Assembly (NCBI GenBank): GCA_026195275.1
Contig: JAPHQU010000003.1
Coordinates: forward strand, 71,852 to 135,851
DNA length: 64,000 bases
Direction of reading: 5' to 3'
Source: Minisyncoccota bacterium
GTDB taxonomy: Bacteria > Patescibacteriota > Minisyncoccia > Phycocordibacterales > JABMNX01
Below, piece by piece: positions 18,627 to 29,338 of this stretch (positions are counted from its first letter, which is position 1; every line of letters starts with the position of its first letter). The position numbers and the translations under genes are program-made. A model generated the notes under the pieces. It searched no databases, was not told the origin of the DNA, and saw only the letters and a program-made list of their open reading frames with translations.

Positions 18627-19910
18627 ATGGAAAATGGCTTTGGAGATATTGTCCCACCGGAGCGTCGCTCAATCCGTAAGGTGAGCGTAGACAAAGGCGT
18701 GCGCCGGCGTGCGCCTCGTGAGAAGCGAGAAGTAGAAGAAACAACGCAACGACACCAAGCTCCACGAGGGAGGCGTGGCACATATCGTTGGGGTCTTTGG
18801 ATAATTGCGATTATCTCGATTCTCGTGCTCCTCTTTGCATTCTCATTTGCATTCTCAGGAGCAAAAGTTGTTGTCACTCCGAAACAGCGTTCGGTCTTGA
18901 TAGACGCGGAGTTTGAAGCCGCAAAAGTTCCAACCCTTGGCGGGATCGGGTATGAAATCATGACTATTGAGCGCGAAGGAAGCAGAGAGGTCGAGCCAAG
19001 CGGTGAAGCATATGTTGAAGAGAAAGCATCCGGCAACATTGTTGTCTACAACAACTACAACGAATCTAGTCAGCGGCTCATTAAGAACACCCGCTTTGAG
19101 ACCCCTGATGGTCTGATATACCGGATCAACGAATCGGTGGTTGTGCCGGGGCAGCGTATCGAGGAAGGCGTCATGGTCCCCGGAAGTATTGAGGTGACTG
19201 TTTATGCCGATGAGGCGGGAGACGATTATAATATTGGGCTTACCGATTTCACCATCCCCGGTTTTGAAGGCTCGCCTCGTTTTGAGAGCTTCTATGCTCG
19301 GTCAAAGACAGAAATGACCGGCGGCTTTGTTGGTAATAAGAAGACAGTCAGTCAAAGTGACGAAACGCAAGCGCGTGCGATGATCCAGGAGGAATTGACT
19401 GCACAACTTAAGAGTGAGGCGACCACACAAAAGCCCGAAGGATTTGAGCTCTACCCGGACGCACTCTTTATCGTCTTCTCGTCTCTTTCTGACGGGGAAC
19501 GTGGTACAAAAGCGGTAATCAGACAGAAAGCGACACTTTACGGTATTTTGTTTGATACGGATGATTTTGCTCAGCTTATTGCGGAGAATACCGTTGCCGG
19601 TTTTGACGGTGAACCGGTGGAGATCGTCAGTCCAGAGAAGCTCTCCTTCGTACTGGCTGAGAGTGACACTGAGCCGTGGGTTGGAGACGCTTTTCGTTTC
19701 ACTCTTAATGGAGAAGCGCACCTTGTATGGACTTTCGATACCGACCAGCTCAAGGAAGACCTTGCAGGAAAGTCGAAAGGGGCGCTAGAGACCGTGCTGA
19801 CCGGCTACTCAAGCATCGATGAGGCTCAGATCGTCCTCCGTCCATTTTGGCGGCAGACCTTCCCCGAGACAGTTAAAGATATCAAGATCGTTAAGGTGGT
19901 TGAAGAGTAG
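18627..19910 (+). CDS. Single-pass membrane protein with baseplate-J-like beta-rich ectodomain
   Basis: TM near aa 55-78; KASGNIVVYN..NTRF..VVVPG..VTVYADEAGDDYNIG..FTIPG..MTGG. Confidence 0.6.
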   Translation: MENGFGDIVPPERRSIRKVSVDKGVRRRAPREKREVEETTQRHQAPRGRRGTYRWGLWIIAIISILVLLFAFSFAFSGAKVVVTPKQRSVLIDAEFEAAKVPTLGGIGYEIMTIEREGSREVEPSGEAYVEEKASGNIVVYNNYNESSQRLIKNTRFETPDGLIYRINESVVVPGQRIEEGVMVPGSIEVTVYADEAGDDYNIGLTDFTIPGFEGSPRFESFYARSKTEMTGGFVGNKKTVSQSDETQARAMIQEELTAQLKSEATTQKPEGFELYPDALFIVFSSLSDGERGTKAVIRQKATLYGILFDTDDFAQLIAENTVAGFDGEPVEIVSPEKLSFVLAESDTEPWVGDAFRFTLNGEAHLVWTFDTDQLKEDLAGKSKGALETVLTGYSSIDEAQIVLRPFWRQTFPETVKDIKIVKVVEE

Positions 19911-19982
19911 GGACCACATCCACAGAGACCACTTGACGTGTTGTGCCGGTCTCTGGTAGTATGTGTCCACCTCGGTACGCAC

Positions 19983-20204
19983 ATGTCAGAGAATAAGACA
20001 AAACCTGAAGCGGTCACCGGAGTAGTGGACGAGGCCCTGCCAAACACACTTTTCCGGGTAACGCTTAATGAGAGCGGTGAGCAGATTCTCACCTACCTCT
20101 CGGGGAAGATGCGTATACACCGGATCAAGGTGCTTGTCGGCGACACGGTCGCTGTTGAGCTTGAACCGTACGGGGGGAAGGGACGGATCATTAAGCGACT
20201 GTAA
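19983..20204 (+). CDS. infA: Translation initiation factor IF-1
   Basis: EALPNTLFRV..LSGKMR..IKVLVGD. Confidence 0.95.
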   Translation: MSENKTKPEAVTGVVDEALPNTLFRVTLNESGEQILTYLSGKMRIHRIKVLVGDTVAVELEPYGGKGRIIKRL

Positions 20205-20323
20205 GGATACAGTGCGCTTGAGTGATCCATACTGCGCTATAGAGTGGAATCGATTGAGTAGTGGTTTTGAGATCCACACCATGGAAATGGAAAGCGCAAT
20301 TTTTTGTTGTCTTCAAAAAAACA

Positions 20324-20437
20324 ATGAAAGTAAAGGTTTCAGTAAAAAAGATCTGTGCAAAATGCCAAACCGTTCGCAGAAAGGGACGGCTCTATGTCAT
20401 TTGTTCTAACCCTCGCCACAAACAGCGACAGGGGTAA
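20324..20437 (+). CDS. rpmJ: 50S ribosomal protein L36 (not in the supplied ORF track)
   Basis: Hand translation [37 protein letters not shown]; lies between infA and rpsM. Confidence 0.96.
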   Translation: MKVKVSVKKICAKCQTVRRKGRLYVICSNPRHKQRQG

Positions 20438-20451
20438 TTTATATATACACT

Positions 20452-20832
20452 ATGCGAATCGCCGGAATCACCATCCCAGACAATAAGCGACTTGAGATCG
20501 GACTCACTGCCGTATACGGCGTTGGTCGTCCGCGTGCACTTGAGATCTTGGACGAGCTTAAAGTCGATTTCGGCAAGAAGCCGGGTGACCTCAAACCCGA
20601 GGAAGAGAGTGCAATTCGCGAGAAGATTGAATCATTCCTTATTGAAGGAGAACTTCGTCGAAGCATCTCAGGAAACATTAAGCGTCTTAAAGATATCAAT
20701 TCGTATCGAGGAAGCCGGCACGCAAAGAGTCTTCCGGCTCGCGGACAGCGGACCAAGACAAACTCACGAACAGTGCGCGGTAACAAACGAAAGACTATGG
20801 GATCCGGTCGTCGTACTGTAGAAAAGAAATAA
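20452..20832 (+). CDS. rpsM: 30S ribosomal protein S13
   Basis: RIAGI, SYRGSRH..LPARGQRTKTNSRT. Confidence 0.97.
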   Translation: MRIAGITIPDNKRLEIGLTAVYGVGRPRALEILDELKVDFGKKPGDLKPEEESAIREKIESFLIEGELRRSISGNIKRLKDINSYRGSRHAKSLPARGQRTKTNSRTVRGNKRKTMGSGRRTVEKK

Positions 20833-20836
20833 TCGT

Positions 20837-21271
20837 ATGGGAAAGAAACGCATTATCAAAAAGGCAGGTGGGGAAGCGAGCGCGGGACTCAAGTCGCGAT
20901 CTCTTTCTCGTATTCCGAAGAAGAAGCTTGATTCGGGGATCCTTCACGTGCAGGCAACCTTTAATAACACCAAGCTTCTTCTCACCGACAAGAACGGCAA
21001 CGCGGTCATGTCGTCTTCAAGTGGCGGACTTGGGTTCAAGGGCGCCAAAAAAGGCACACCTTTTGCCGCGGCAAAGGTGGGTGAACTTCTTGGAGAAAAG
21101 GCACAGATGATCGGCCTTAAAGAGGTTAACGTTGTTGTTAAAGGAGCTGGATCCGGGCGCGAGTCATCGCTCCGTGCGTTCTCAGCAAAAGGGATCGATA
21201 TAACCAGCATTAAAGACGTGACTCCGTTGCCACATAACGGACCGCGACCTAAGAAACCACGTAGGGTATAG
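20837..21271 (+). CDS. rpsK: 30S ribosomal protein S11
   Basis: ATFNNT, GFKGAKKGTPFAA, DVTPLPHNG. Confidence 0.97.
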   Translation: MGKKRIIKKAGGEASAGLKSRSLSRIPKKKLDSGILHVQATFNNTKLLLTDKNGNAVMSSSSGGLGFKGAKKGTPFAAAKVGELLGEKAQMIGLKEVNVVVKGAGSGRESSLRAFSAKGIDITSIKDVTPLPHNGPRPKKPRRV

Positions 21272-21275
21272 CATT

Positions 21276-21884
21276 ATGAAGATCGGACCAAAATACAAAA
21301 TAGCAAAACGACTCGGCGCAAGTGTTTTTGAGAAATGTCAGACACAGAAATTTGCGTTGTCTGAGTCGCGTCGCGCGAAGCGTCGTGGAAAACGACCCAA
21401 GCAGATTTCTGATTACGGGAAGCAGCTTCTTGAGAAGCAGAAGGTGCGCTTTACATACGGGGTTACTGAAAAACAGCTCTCTCGATATGTGAAGACGGGG
21501 ACTCAAGGCGCCCACGAACCGGCAAACAAGATCTACCAAGCGCTTGAATCGCGTCTTGATAACGTTGTCTATCGACTCGGTTTGGTCCCAACACGTCGTT
21601 TTGCGCGACAGATTGTCTCTCACGGACACATCACTGTAAACGGGAAACGGATGACCGTACCGTCATACACGGTGAGTGTCGGGGACGTGGTTACTGTTCG
21701 TGTAAACAGTAAAGAGAAGGGTCTCTTTACCGACCTCGAAGAGCGGTTAAAGAACTACACTGCGCCAAAGTGGCTTTCTTTTGACGAAAAGAAGCTTGAA
21801 GGCACAGTTGTCGCACTTCCTGAATTTTCTGGAGCGGATGCATCTATTGATATGGGACTGGTTCTGGAGTTTTATAGCCGATAG
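21276..21884 (+). CDS. rpsD: 30S ribosomal protein S4
   Basis: SDYGKQLLEKQK, LESRLDNVVYRLG, ARQIVSHGH, EFYSR. Confidence 0.97.
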   Translation: MKIGPKYKIAKRLGASVFEKCQTQKFALSESRRAKRRGKRPKQISDYGKQLLEKQKVRFTYGVTEKQLSRYVKTGTQGAHEPANKIYQALESRLDNVVYRLGLVPTRRFARQIVSHGHITVNGKRMTVPSYTVSVGDVVTVRVNSKEKGLFTDLEERLKNYTAPKWLSFDEKKLEGTVVALPEFSGADASIDMGLVLEFYSR

Positions 21885-21910
21885 TTTTATTCATCTTAAC
21901 TACATATATT

Positions 21911-22873
21911 ATGTCAGAGTACAACGTCGCACTTCCATCTAAACCACGCATCGTATCCGAAAAGGAGTTCGGGGGTGTCTATGAGATTGATGGTCTTTAT
22001 CCGGGATACGGGCACACGCTCGGCAACTCACTTCGCCGTATCATCCTTTCATCGCTTCCGGGAGCAGCTATCACTTCAGTGAAGATTGAGGGGGTTGATC
22101 ACGAGTTTTCAACCATTGAAGGAGTTCAGGAGGATGTGATCACCATCTTGCTCAACCTTAAGCGTGTGCGCATTCAAATGCTCTCAGATGAGCCACAACA
22201 GATGACCGTCAAAGTGAAGGGTCCAAAATCAATCACCGCGGCAGACATCGAGGCGCCGGGGCAAGTTGAGATCCTCAACCCAGAGCAGCCGATTGCTGAA
22301 GTTACCGGAAAAGGCGTTGACTTCTCAATTGAGATGACCGTAGAGCGTGGACTCGGTTATGTCGCAAAAGAAGCACTCAAGAAGGAGCGTGTCGAGGTTG
22401 GAGAAATCTCACTTGATGCGATCTTCACACCGATTCGCCGCGTGAACTACGAGGTAGAAAACATGCGCGTGGGAGACCGAACCGACTTTAACCGACTCCG
22501 TATTTTTATTGAGACTGACGGAACCATCACCGCAAAAGAGGGTCTCGAGAAGGCGATCGAGATCATGATTAACCAGCTACGCTCGATTGTTGGGTTCAAA
22601 GAAGAGGAACTTGCTCTCCCTGAAGAGGAAGCAATGGAAGAAGAGTCAAAAGAAGAAAAGAAAGAGGTTGATTCTGAGTTCCTCAAGACTCGCGTTGACG
22701 ACCTCGACCTCTCAGCACGAACCGCAAACGCACTTGATGGTGCAAATATCCGCACAGTCGGTGGGCTTGCGCGAAAGCGAGAAGAAGATATCCTCTCAAT
22801 CGAGGGTATCGGACAAAAAGGTCTCCAGGAGATCAAGCGGGCGCTTAGCAACTTTGGCGTCACCCTTAAGTAA
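21911..22873 (+). CDS. rpoA: RNA polymerase alpha subunit
   Basis: GYGHTLGNSLRRIILSSLPG, HEFSTIEGVQED, alpha-CTD LDLSARTAN. Confidence 0.97.
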   Translation: MSEYNVALPSKPRIVSEKEFGGVYEIDGLYPGYGHTLGNSLRRIILSSLPGAAITSVKIEGVDHEFSTIEGVQEDVITILLNLKRVRIQMLSDEPQQMTVKVKGPKSITAADIEAPGQVEILNPEQPIAEVTGKGVDFSIEMTVERGLGYVAKEALKKERVEVGEISLDAIFTPIRRVNYEVENMRVGDRTDFNRLRIFIETDGTITAKEGLEKAIEIMINQLRSIVGFKEEELALPEEEAMEEESKEEKKEVDSEFLKTRVDDLDLSARTANALDGANIRTVGGLARKREEDILSIEGIGQKGLQEIKRALSNFGVTLK

Positions 22874-22879
22874 CACACC

Positions 22880-23236
22880 ATGAAGCATACAGCACACGGA
22901 AGAAAATTTGGACGCGTTCGAAAGGTACGAGTAGCACTCATCCGCTCACTTGCTCGTGCGCTTATTCTTCATGGGAAGATCGAAACAACCGAAGCGAAAG
23001 CTAAGGAGGTTCAGCGTTTTGTTGAGAAATTGATAACTCTCAACAAGAAGGGGGCTCTCGCTTCATATCGATTGACGATTGCTCGTTTAGGGTGCGACGA
23101 TCGCGTCGCAAAGAAGTTGAAGGAAGAGATTGCACCGAAGTACGCGGAGCGAGCAGGCGGGTACACTCGCATCACCAAACTTCATACGCAGTCAACGCAT
23201 GATGCGCGTAAAATGGCAGTAATTGAATTTGTATAG
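22880..23236 (+). CDS. rplQ: 50S ribosomal protein L17
   Basis: IETTEAKAKE, GGYTRI, DARKMAVIE. Confidence 0.96.
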   Translation: MKHTAHGRKFGRVRKVRVALIRSLARALILHGKIETTEAKAKEVQRFVEKLITLNKKGALASYRLTIARLGCDDRVAKKLKEEIAPKYAERAGGYTRITKLHTQSTHDARKMAVIEFV

Positions 23237-23240
23237 GCTT

Positions 23241-23585
23241 ATGGAACACACTATCGACGCACAAGGAAAGAATCTCGGACGTGTAGCAAGCGAAGCGGCA
23301 CACCTTCTCATGGGCAAGGATACAACCTCGTTCCAGAAGAATGTCGTTGCAGACGTGACGGTTAAGATTGCGAACGCTGACAAGCTTGCGATTTCACCGG
23401 AGAAGGCGTCAAAGAAAGTCTACACACACTACACCGGACACCCGGGCGGCCTTCGCAAGCGCACACTTGAAGAAGTTGTCGAGAAGAAGGGTGTGGGAGA
23501 GGTGCTCCGCATGGCGGTTTATGGTATGCTTCCGGGGAATCGGTTGCGCGCCAAGCGAATGAAAAACCTGATCATCGAAGAATAG
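23241..23585 (+). CDS. rplM: 50S ribosomal protein L13 (short, 114 aa)
   Basis: [27 protein letters not shown]. Confidence 0.95.
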   Translation: MEHTIDAQGKNLGRVASEAAHLLMGKDTTSFQKNVVADVTVKIANADKLAISPEKASKKVYTHYTGHPGGLRKRTLEEVVEKKGVGEVLRMAVYGMLPGNRLRAKRMKNLIIEE

Positions 23586-23589
23586 TATT

Positions 23590-24000
23590 ATGGCAGACAT
23601 GAAACATAAAGAAGAATATATCGAGACTATCGGACGCCGAAAAACGGCAACCGCACGCGTGCGTATTTCTAAGACAAAAGATTCATCGATTGTGGTAAAC
23701 GAGAAAGATCTTGCAACACATTTTCCTACAACAGAACTCCAGAAAGTTGCTGAGTCGGCTCTCACACATGCTCCTGAAGGAGAAAATTTCAAAGTAACCG
23801 CGAAGATAGTAGGTGGTGGCATCCACGCACAGGCGGAAGCCCTCCGACACGGCGTTGCTCGCGCACTCACTAAGTACAATGAAGAGCTCCGTAAGGGACT
23901 CAAACAGGCAGGGTTCCTCAAGCGAGATCCACGAATGAAGGAGCGTAAGAAGTTCGGACTTAAGAAAGCGCGCAAGTCTCCACAGTGGAGCAAGCGATAG
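23590..24000 (+). CDS. rpsI: 30S ribosomal protein S9
   Basis: [29 protein letters not shown]. Confidence 0.97.
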   Translation: MADMKHKEEYIETIGRRKTATARVRISKTKDSSIVVNEKDLATHFPTTELQKVAESALTHAPEGENFKVTAKIVGGGIHAQAEALRHGVARALTKYNEELRKGLKQAGFLKRDPRMKERKKFGLKKARKSPQWSKR

Positions 24001-24097
24001 TCGCACACACTTTTTTTGCGGCCGCACAGAGCCTTACGCAATTGGTATACACCATACATACTAGAACATTGGTGTATACCATTATGTACGCAACAGT

Positions 24098-24673
24098 ATG
24101 CCAAAGAAGAAGATAGAAAAAATCGATACAGATACACAAGACATTGAATCAGTCGATGATGTTGTTCTTGAAGAAGAAGGTCTTGGGGTTCTTGATAAAC
24201 TCAAGAAAGTGCAAAAGAAGCTCAAAGAATGCGAAAAGGAGCGCGCTGAGTACCTCGATGGGTGGCAACGTGCTCGAGCAGACCTGGTAAACCGGGAGAA
24301 AGAGGCAGTAGTGGTGCGTACAGAATTAACTTCACGCGCACAAGAGGAAGTGTTTGAGCAGTTGTTTCCAATCCTCGATAGTTTTGACATGGCGTTCGCC
24401 AACAAGGATGTTTGGGAGTCAGTTGACAAGAACTGGCGTGTCGGTGTTGAGCACATCTACTCACAGGCACTTCAGGTCTTGAAAGATGCGGGAATTTCAG
24501 TTATTGATAATGCCGGGGAAGTAAACGACCCCGCCATACACGAAGCAGTCAAAACACAGGAAGTGGCAGAAGAAAAAGACGACGGGCGCGTACTCGCTGT
24601 CCTTCAGAAAGGGTACCGGAAGGGCGAGCGCGTATTGCGTCCCGCAAAGGTTATTATTGGAAAAAATAAATAA
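24098..24673 (+). CDS. grpE: Nucleotide exchange factor GrpE
   Basis: [29 protein letters not shown]. Confidence 0.95.
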   Translation: MPKKKIEKIDTDTQDIESVDDVVLEEEGLGVLDKLKKVQKKLKECEKERAEYLDGWQRARADLVNREKEAVVVRTELTSRAQEEVFEQLFPILDSFDMAFANKDVWESVDKNWRVGVEHIYSQALQVLKDAGISVIDNAGEVNDPAIHEAVKTQEVAEEKDDGRVLAVLQKGYRKGERVLRPAKVIIGKNK

Positions 24674-24681
24674 ATAGTACT

Positions 24682-26589
24682 ATGGGAAAAATTTTAGGTA
24701 TAGACTTAGGAACAACCAACTCCGCAATGGCGTACGTTACCGGCGGAGAACCAACTATTGTTGAGAATGCCGAAGGAACACGCACCACGCCGTCAGTCGT
24801 TGCTGTTTCTAAGACGAACGAACGGCTTGTGGGCACACTCGCACGACGTCAGGCAGTCACGAACCCACAGAACACTATTTACGGTATTAAGCGATTCATT
24901 GGGCACCGTTTTGAAGATACTGCAGTACAGAAAGACAAAGAGACGGTTCCATACAACATCAAGAAGGGTGGCGACAATGGTGTGCTTGTTGAGCTTAATG
25001 GCAAAGACTACCGCCCAGAAGAGGTGTCAGCAATGATCCTCCAGAAGATGAAGCAGGACGCAGAAGCAAAGCTTGGTGAGAAGATCACTGAAGCGATTAT
25101 CACCGTTCCTGCATACTTCGACGATTCACAGCGCAAAGCAACAAAAGACGCCGGGAAGATTGCCGGACTTGAGGTGAAGCGCATCATCAACGAACCAACA
25201 GCGGCCGCGCTCGCATACGGATTTAATAAAAAGAAAGACGAGCAGATTGTAGTCTTCGACTTTGGTGGTGGAACCTTCGACGTCTCGGTTCTTGAGGTTG
25301 GTGATGAAGTTATTGAGGTAAAATCAACCGATGGTGACTCCCACATGGGCGGTCGCGACATCGACCAGGCGATTATTAAGTGGATTGTTGATGAGTTCAA
25401 GAAGGAAAGCGGTATCGACATCAGCAAAGACCCGCTCGCGCTCCAGCGACTTGATGAGGCAGCTGAGAAAGCGAAACTCGAACTCTCAACCGCAACTGAG
25501 TCAGAGATCAACATCCCGTTCATCACCTCAGATGCGACTGGTCCAAGACACCTCTTGCTCAAACTTACCCGCGCAACACTCGAAGAGCTCGCAAAAGAAT
25601 ACATCAATCGCTCAATTGAGATCACCAAGCGCGCGATCGAAGCGTCACCGTTTGAGATCAAAGATATCGACGAGGTGATCCTCGTTGGCGGGCAGACTCG
25701 TATGCCGAAGATTGTCGAGCGCGTAAAGGAACTCTTCGGTAAAGAGCCGAACAAGTCGATCAACCCGGACGAGGTGGTTGCGCTCGGTGCAGCAATTCAG
25801 GGCGGTATCATGCAAGGAGACGTAAAGGACGTACTTCTTCTTGATGTGATCCCGCTCTCGCTCGGTATCGAGACTCTCGGCGGTGTCGGAACCAAGCTTA
25901 TCGAACGCAACACGACCATTCCGACCTCAAAATCGCAAACATTCTCAACCGCAGCCGACAACCAGACCTCAGTTGAGGTGCACATTGTTCAGGGGGAGCG
26001 TTCGATGGCAGCTGACAACAAATCGCTCGGGCGATTCATTCTTGAGGGTATTCCACCGGCACCACGTGGCACACCACAGGTTGAGGTAACTTTTGACATC
26101 GACGCAAACGGCATCCTCAACGTGACCGCAAAAGACAACGCGTCAGGAAAGGAGCAGTCGATCCGCATAGAAGCACAATCAGGACTCTCAGATGAAGAAG
26201 TTGAGAAGATGAAGCAGGATGCTGAGGCGCACGCAGACGAAGACAAGAAAAAGAAAGAGCTTGTTGATGTCCGCAACACGTCTGAGCAACTCATTTACAC
26301 CGCAGAGAGCTCGGTTAAAGAGCACGGTGACAAGGTTGGTGAAGATGTAAAGAAAGAGATCGAGGAGAAGGTCGCGGCGCTTAAAGAGGTGAAAGACAAA
26401 GACGATCTCGACGCACTCAAAGCGGCATCTGAAGCACTCAGCACATCGCTCGCAAAAATCGGCGAAGCAATGCAACAGCAAGCACAATCTGAGACCCCTC
26501 CACAAGACGCAGAGCAGAAAGGAGAAAGCACCGGAGAAGAGAAACCGGGCGAAGAGCCAAACAACGACTCATCAGAAGAAAACAAATAA
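24682..26589 (+). CDS. dnaK: Chaperone DnaK
   Basis: [36 protein letters not shown]. Confidence 0.98.
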   Translation: MGKILGIDLGTTNSAMAYVTGGEPTIVENAEGTRTTPSVVAVSKTNERLVGTLARRQAVTNPQNTIYGIKRFIGHRFEDTAVQKDKETVPYNIKKGGDNGVLVELNGKDYRPEEVSAMILQKMKQDAEAKLGEKITEAIITVPAYFDDSQRKATKDAGKIAGLEVKRIINEPTAAALAYGFNKKKDEQIVVFDFGGGTFDVSVLEVGDEVIEVKSTDGDSHMGGRDIDQAIIKWIVDEFKKESGIDISKDPLALQRLDEAAEKAKLELSTATESEINIPFITSDATGPRHLLLKLTRATLEELAKEYINRSIEITKRAIEASPFEIKDIDEVILVGGQTRMPKIVERVKELFGKEPNKSINPDEVVALGAAIQGGIMQGDVKDVLLLDVIPLSLGIETLGGVGTKLIERNTTIPTSKSQTFSTAADNQTSVEVHIVQGERSMAADNKSLGRFILEGIPPAPRGTPQVEVTFDIDANGILNVTAKDNASGKEQSIRIEAQSGLSDEEVEKMKQDAEAHADEDKKKKELVDVRNTSEQLIYTAESSVKEHGDKVGEDVKKEIEEKVAALKEVKDKDDLDALKAASEALSTSLAKIGEAMQQQAQSETPPQDAEQKGESTGEEKPGEEPNNDSSEENK

Positions 26590-26602
26590 CCTAACATAAA
26601 TT

Positions 26603-26633
26603 AAAAATCTTGACGTCGGACGTCAAGATTTTT
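26603..26633. repeat. 31-bp palindrome, copy 1 of a dispersed family (terminator-like)
   Basis: AAAAATCTTGACGTC-G-GACGTCAAGATTTTT. Confidence 0.85.
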
Positions 26634-26677
26634 GGGATTGGCGTTGATTTTTAGCTAAAGATGCGTACAATAGCCAC

Positions 26678-27760
26678 ATGAGTAACGACTACTACAAGGT
26701 ACTTGGTGTCGCAAAGAACGCGAGTAAAGAGGAGATCAAGAAAGCGTTCCGCAAACTCGCTCACAAGTACCACCCGGACAAAAAGACGGGTGACGAGAAG
26801 AAGTTCAAAGAAGCAAGTGAGGCGTATAGCGTCCTCTCTGACGATAAAAAGCGCGCCGAGTACGATGCGTACGGCCGCGTATTCTCCGGCGCCGGCGGAG
26901 GACAACAAGGCACAGCAGGAGGCGGCTTTGGTGGTTTTGACTTCTCCGGATTTCAGCAAGGCGGCTTCCAGGGCGGTGTTGACCTTGGCGACATCTTCGG
27001 TGATATCTTTGGCGGCGGATTCGGCGGTGCTCGCCGAGCACGCGGACGTGATATCTCAATCGATCTTGAACTCTCATTTAAAGACGCTGTCTTTGGTGTA
27101 GAGCGACGAGTCCTTATCACCAAGACATCAGGTTGCGACACTTGTGGTGGATCAGGAGCCGAGAAAGACTCTGGTTCAGTGACCTGCTCAGCCTGCAATG
27201 GCAAAGGGCGTGTGCATGAGAACAAACAGTCGCCATTTGGCACGTTCACGAGCGTGCGATCTTGTCAGGAGTGTTTTGGCACCGGAAAGGTACCAAAAGA
27301 GAAGTGTAAGACCTGCAAGAGTGAGCGTGTCGTGCGTAAACAAGAGGAGATTGTGGTGCGCGTGCCGGCTGGCATCAACAACGGCGAGATGATCCGCCTT
27401 TCCGGTGGTGGCGAAGCGGTGCCCGGCGGCGACGCCGGAGATCTCTACGTGAAGATTCACGTGCACCCGGATCCAAACTTCCATAAAGAAGGCAACAACC
27501 TCATCACCACGCTCAATGTGAAGCTCTCTGATGCACTCACCGGCAGCGAATACTCTTTGAAGGCACTCGACGGAGATGTGGTAAAGGTAAAAGTGCCACA
27601 AGGGGTGGGTTTTGGCGAAGTAATTCGCGTAAAAGGGAAGGGGGTACCGTCAGGATTCTCACACGGCGATCTTCTGGTGAAGATCAATATCGATATGCCG
27701 AAGAAATTAGGCAGAAAAGCAAAAGAAGCGGTTGATATTCTACGGAAAGAGGGCATATAA
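26678..27760 (+). CDS. dnaJ: Chaperone DnaJ
   Basis: J-domain HPD, G/F-rich linker, CxxCxGxG zinc-finger repeats. Confidence 0.97.
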   Translation: MSNDYYKVLGVAKNASKEEIKKAFRKLAHKYHPDKKTGDEKKFKEASEAYSVLSDDKKRAEYDAYGRVFSGAGGGQQGTAGGGFGGFDFSGFQQGGFQGGVDLGDIFGDIFGGGFGGARRARGRDISIDLELSFKDAVFGVERRVLITKTSGCDTCGGSGAEKDSGSVTCSACNGKGRVHENKQSPFGTFTSVRSCQECFGTGKVPKEKCKTCKSERVVRKQEEIVVRVPAGINNGEMIRLSGGGEAVPGGDAGDLYVKIHVHPDPNFHKEGNNLITTLNVKLSDALTGSEYSLKALDGDVVKVKVPQGVGFGEVIRVKGKGVPSGFSHGDLLVKINIDMPKKLGRKAKEAVDILRKEGI

Positions 27761-27767
27761 TATATAG

Positions 27768-28265
27768 ATGCAAATCTTTGACACACTCTCAGGAGCGCTC
27801 ACGACAGACGTACTGATAATCGCGGCGGTCTTCGGGGCGCTCTTTTTCTTTGCCGCCAAACGCGGCAAGAGCAGAAGCATTGCGCTTATGCTCTCGATCT
27901 ACGTTGCTATTCTCTCATTTTTAAGCTTTCCGTTTCTTGATGAATTAACACTTCTCAAGAGCTCAGAAGTACAAGTGACCCTCTCACACATCGCCGTCTT
28001 TGCGCTCGGCACCTTCCTTGCGTACCTTATCATCAAGCGAAGTGTGTACGCCGAGTATCCGGGAGGTGCCGCACAAAAGTTCCTTCAAGCAGGGATACTT
28101 GCCGCCGGTTCAACCGCACTCCTCTTTGCGTTCGCATACCACACCCTCCCCGTTGCAACCCTCTACGACTTCAACCAGTCAATCGACAACCTTTTCTCAT
28201 CTGCCTACTTCTTCTACTGGCTCGTTGCTCCGCTTGGGGGATTGTATTTGGTGACGCGGCACTAA
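27768..28265 (+). CDS. Hypothetical membrane protein (about 5 TM)
   Basis: Hydrophobic 165-aa ORF; TATAAT 6 nt before the ATG. Confidence 0.65.
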   Translation: MQIFDTLSGALTTDVLIIAAVFGALFFFAAKRGKSRSIALMLSIYVAILSFLSFPFLDELTLLKSSEVQVTLSHIAVFALGTFLAYLIIKRSVYAEYPGGAAQKFLQAGILAAGSTALLFAFAYHTLPVATLYDFNQSIDNLFSSAYFFYWLVAPLGGLYLVTRH

Positions 28266-28355
28266 TCGATATTCGACGTAGTCAGACCACATTGAGTGTA
28301 ATGGGTGTGGAGTAGGGTGTTCAGAAGCGCCGATTTCTGGTACAATTTCCCTCAT

Positions 28356-29300
28356 ATGACGGGTAAAAAGCGACTTCTTACGGGATTACAACCCTCAGGC
28401 ACACTCCACATCGGGAACTACTTTGGTGCGCTGAAGCCTTTTGTCGACCTCTACGGCGAGTACGAGAGTACACTCATGATCGCTGACCTCCACGCACTCA
28501 CCTCTATCAAAGACCCGGAAGCGCTCCGCACGAATATCCTTAACGTTATCAAAGACTACATTGCCGCCGGCGTTGACCCGGAGCAAGTGACTATCTTTAA
28601 GCAGTCTGACGTGCCGGAGCACACCGAGCTTGGTTGGGTCTTTAACTGTTTGGTAACCGTGCCGTTCCTTATGCAAGCGCACGCGTACAAAGACAAAGTT
28701 GCGAAGGGGCTTGAGGCAAACGCGGGGCTCTTCACGTACCCTATGCTCATGGCGGCAGACATCTTGCTCTACGACACCGACGTGGTGCCGGTGGGCGAAG
28801 ACCAGCGTCAGCACGTCGAGTACGCGCGCGAAGCAGCAGGGAAGTTCAACAGCACCTTTGGCGAGCTCTTCTCAACACCAAAGGAGATGATCCTCAAAGG
28901 GGTCGGCGTGGTGCCCGGCACTGACGGGCAGAAGATGAGCAAGAGCTACGGCAACACTATTCCACTGTTTGCTACCAAAGACGAGATCGCAAAAGCGGTG
29001 ATGAGTATTGTCACTGACTCATCGGGTGATCGCCCGGAGAATGTGTACGCGATCCATAGACTCTTTAAGAGCGAAGAAGAACTCGCGCCGCTCTACAAGG
29101 AGAACACGGGCAACTACAAAGCACTCAAGGAGGCACTCATCGAAGATATCGAGGCACACATTGCACCAATGCGTGAGAAGCGTGATGCGATTACTGACGG
29201 TGAGGTGAAGGCAATCCTTGAGAAAGGTGCTGAGAGAGCACGTGTTCGCGCGCAAGAGAAGCTGGCGGCAGTGCGAGCGAGCATTGGTGTAGCACTGTAA
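28356..29300 (+). CDS. trpS: Tryptophan--tRNA ligase
   Basis: GLQPSGTLHIGNY, YPMLMAADIL, VPVGEDQ, KMSKS. Confidence 0.97.
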   Translation: MTGKKRLLTGLQPSGTLHIGNYFGALKPFVDLYGEYESTLMIADLHALTSIKDPEALRTNILNVIKDYIAAGVDPEQVTIFKQSDVPEHTELGWVFNCLVTVPFLMQAHAYKDKVAKGLEANAGLFTYPMLMAADILLYDTDVVPVGEDQRQHVEYAREAAGKFNSTFGELFSTPKEMILKGVGVVPGTDGQKMSKSYGNTIPLFATKDEIAKAVMSIVTDSSGDRPENVYAIHRLFKSEEELAPLYKENTGNYKALKEALIEDIEAHIAPMREKRDAITDGEVKAILEKGAERARVRAQEKLAAVRASIGVAL

Positions 29301-29338
29301 TAGGTTGTAGGGATTAGGTTTTAGATACTAGAAAAAAC

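Noticed and set aside
18627-19910. Prophage or contractile injection system suggested by the baseplate-like protein
   Set aside because: No other phage structural, terminase or integrase genes; flanked by core genes; the protein has a TM anchor
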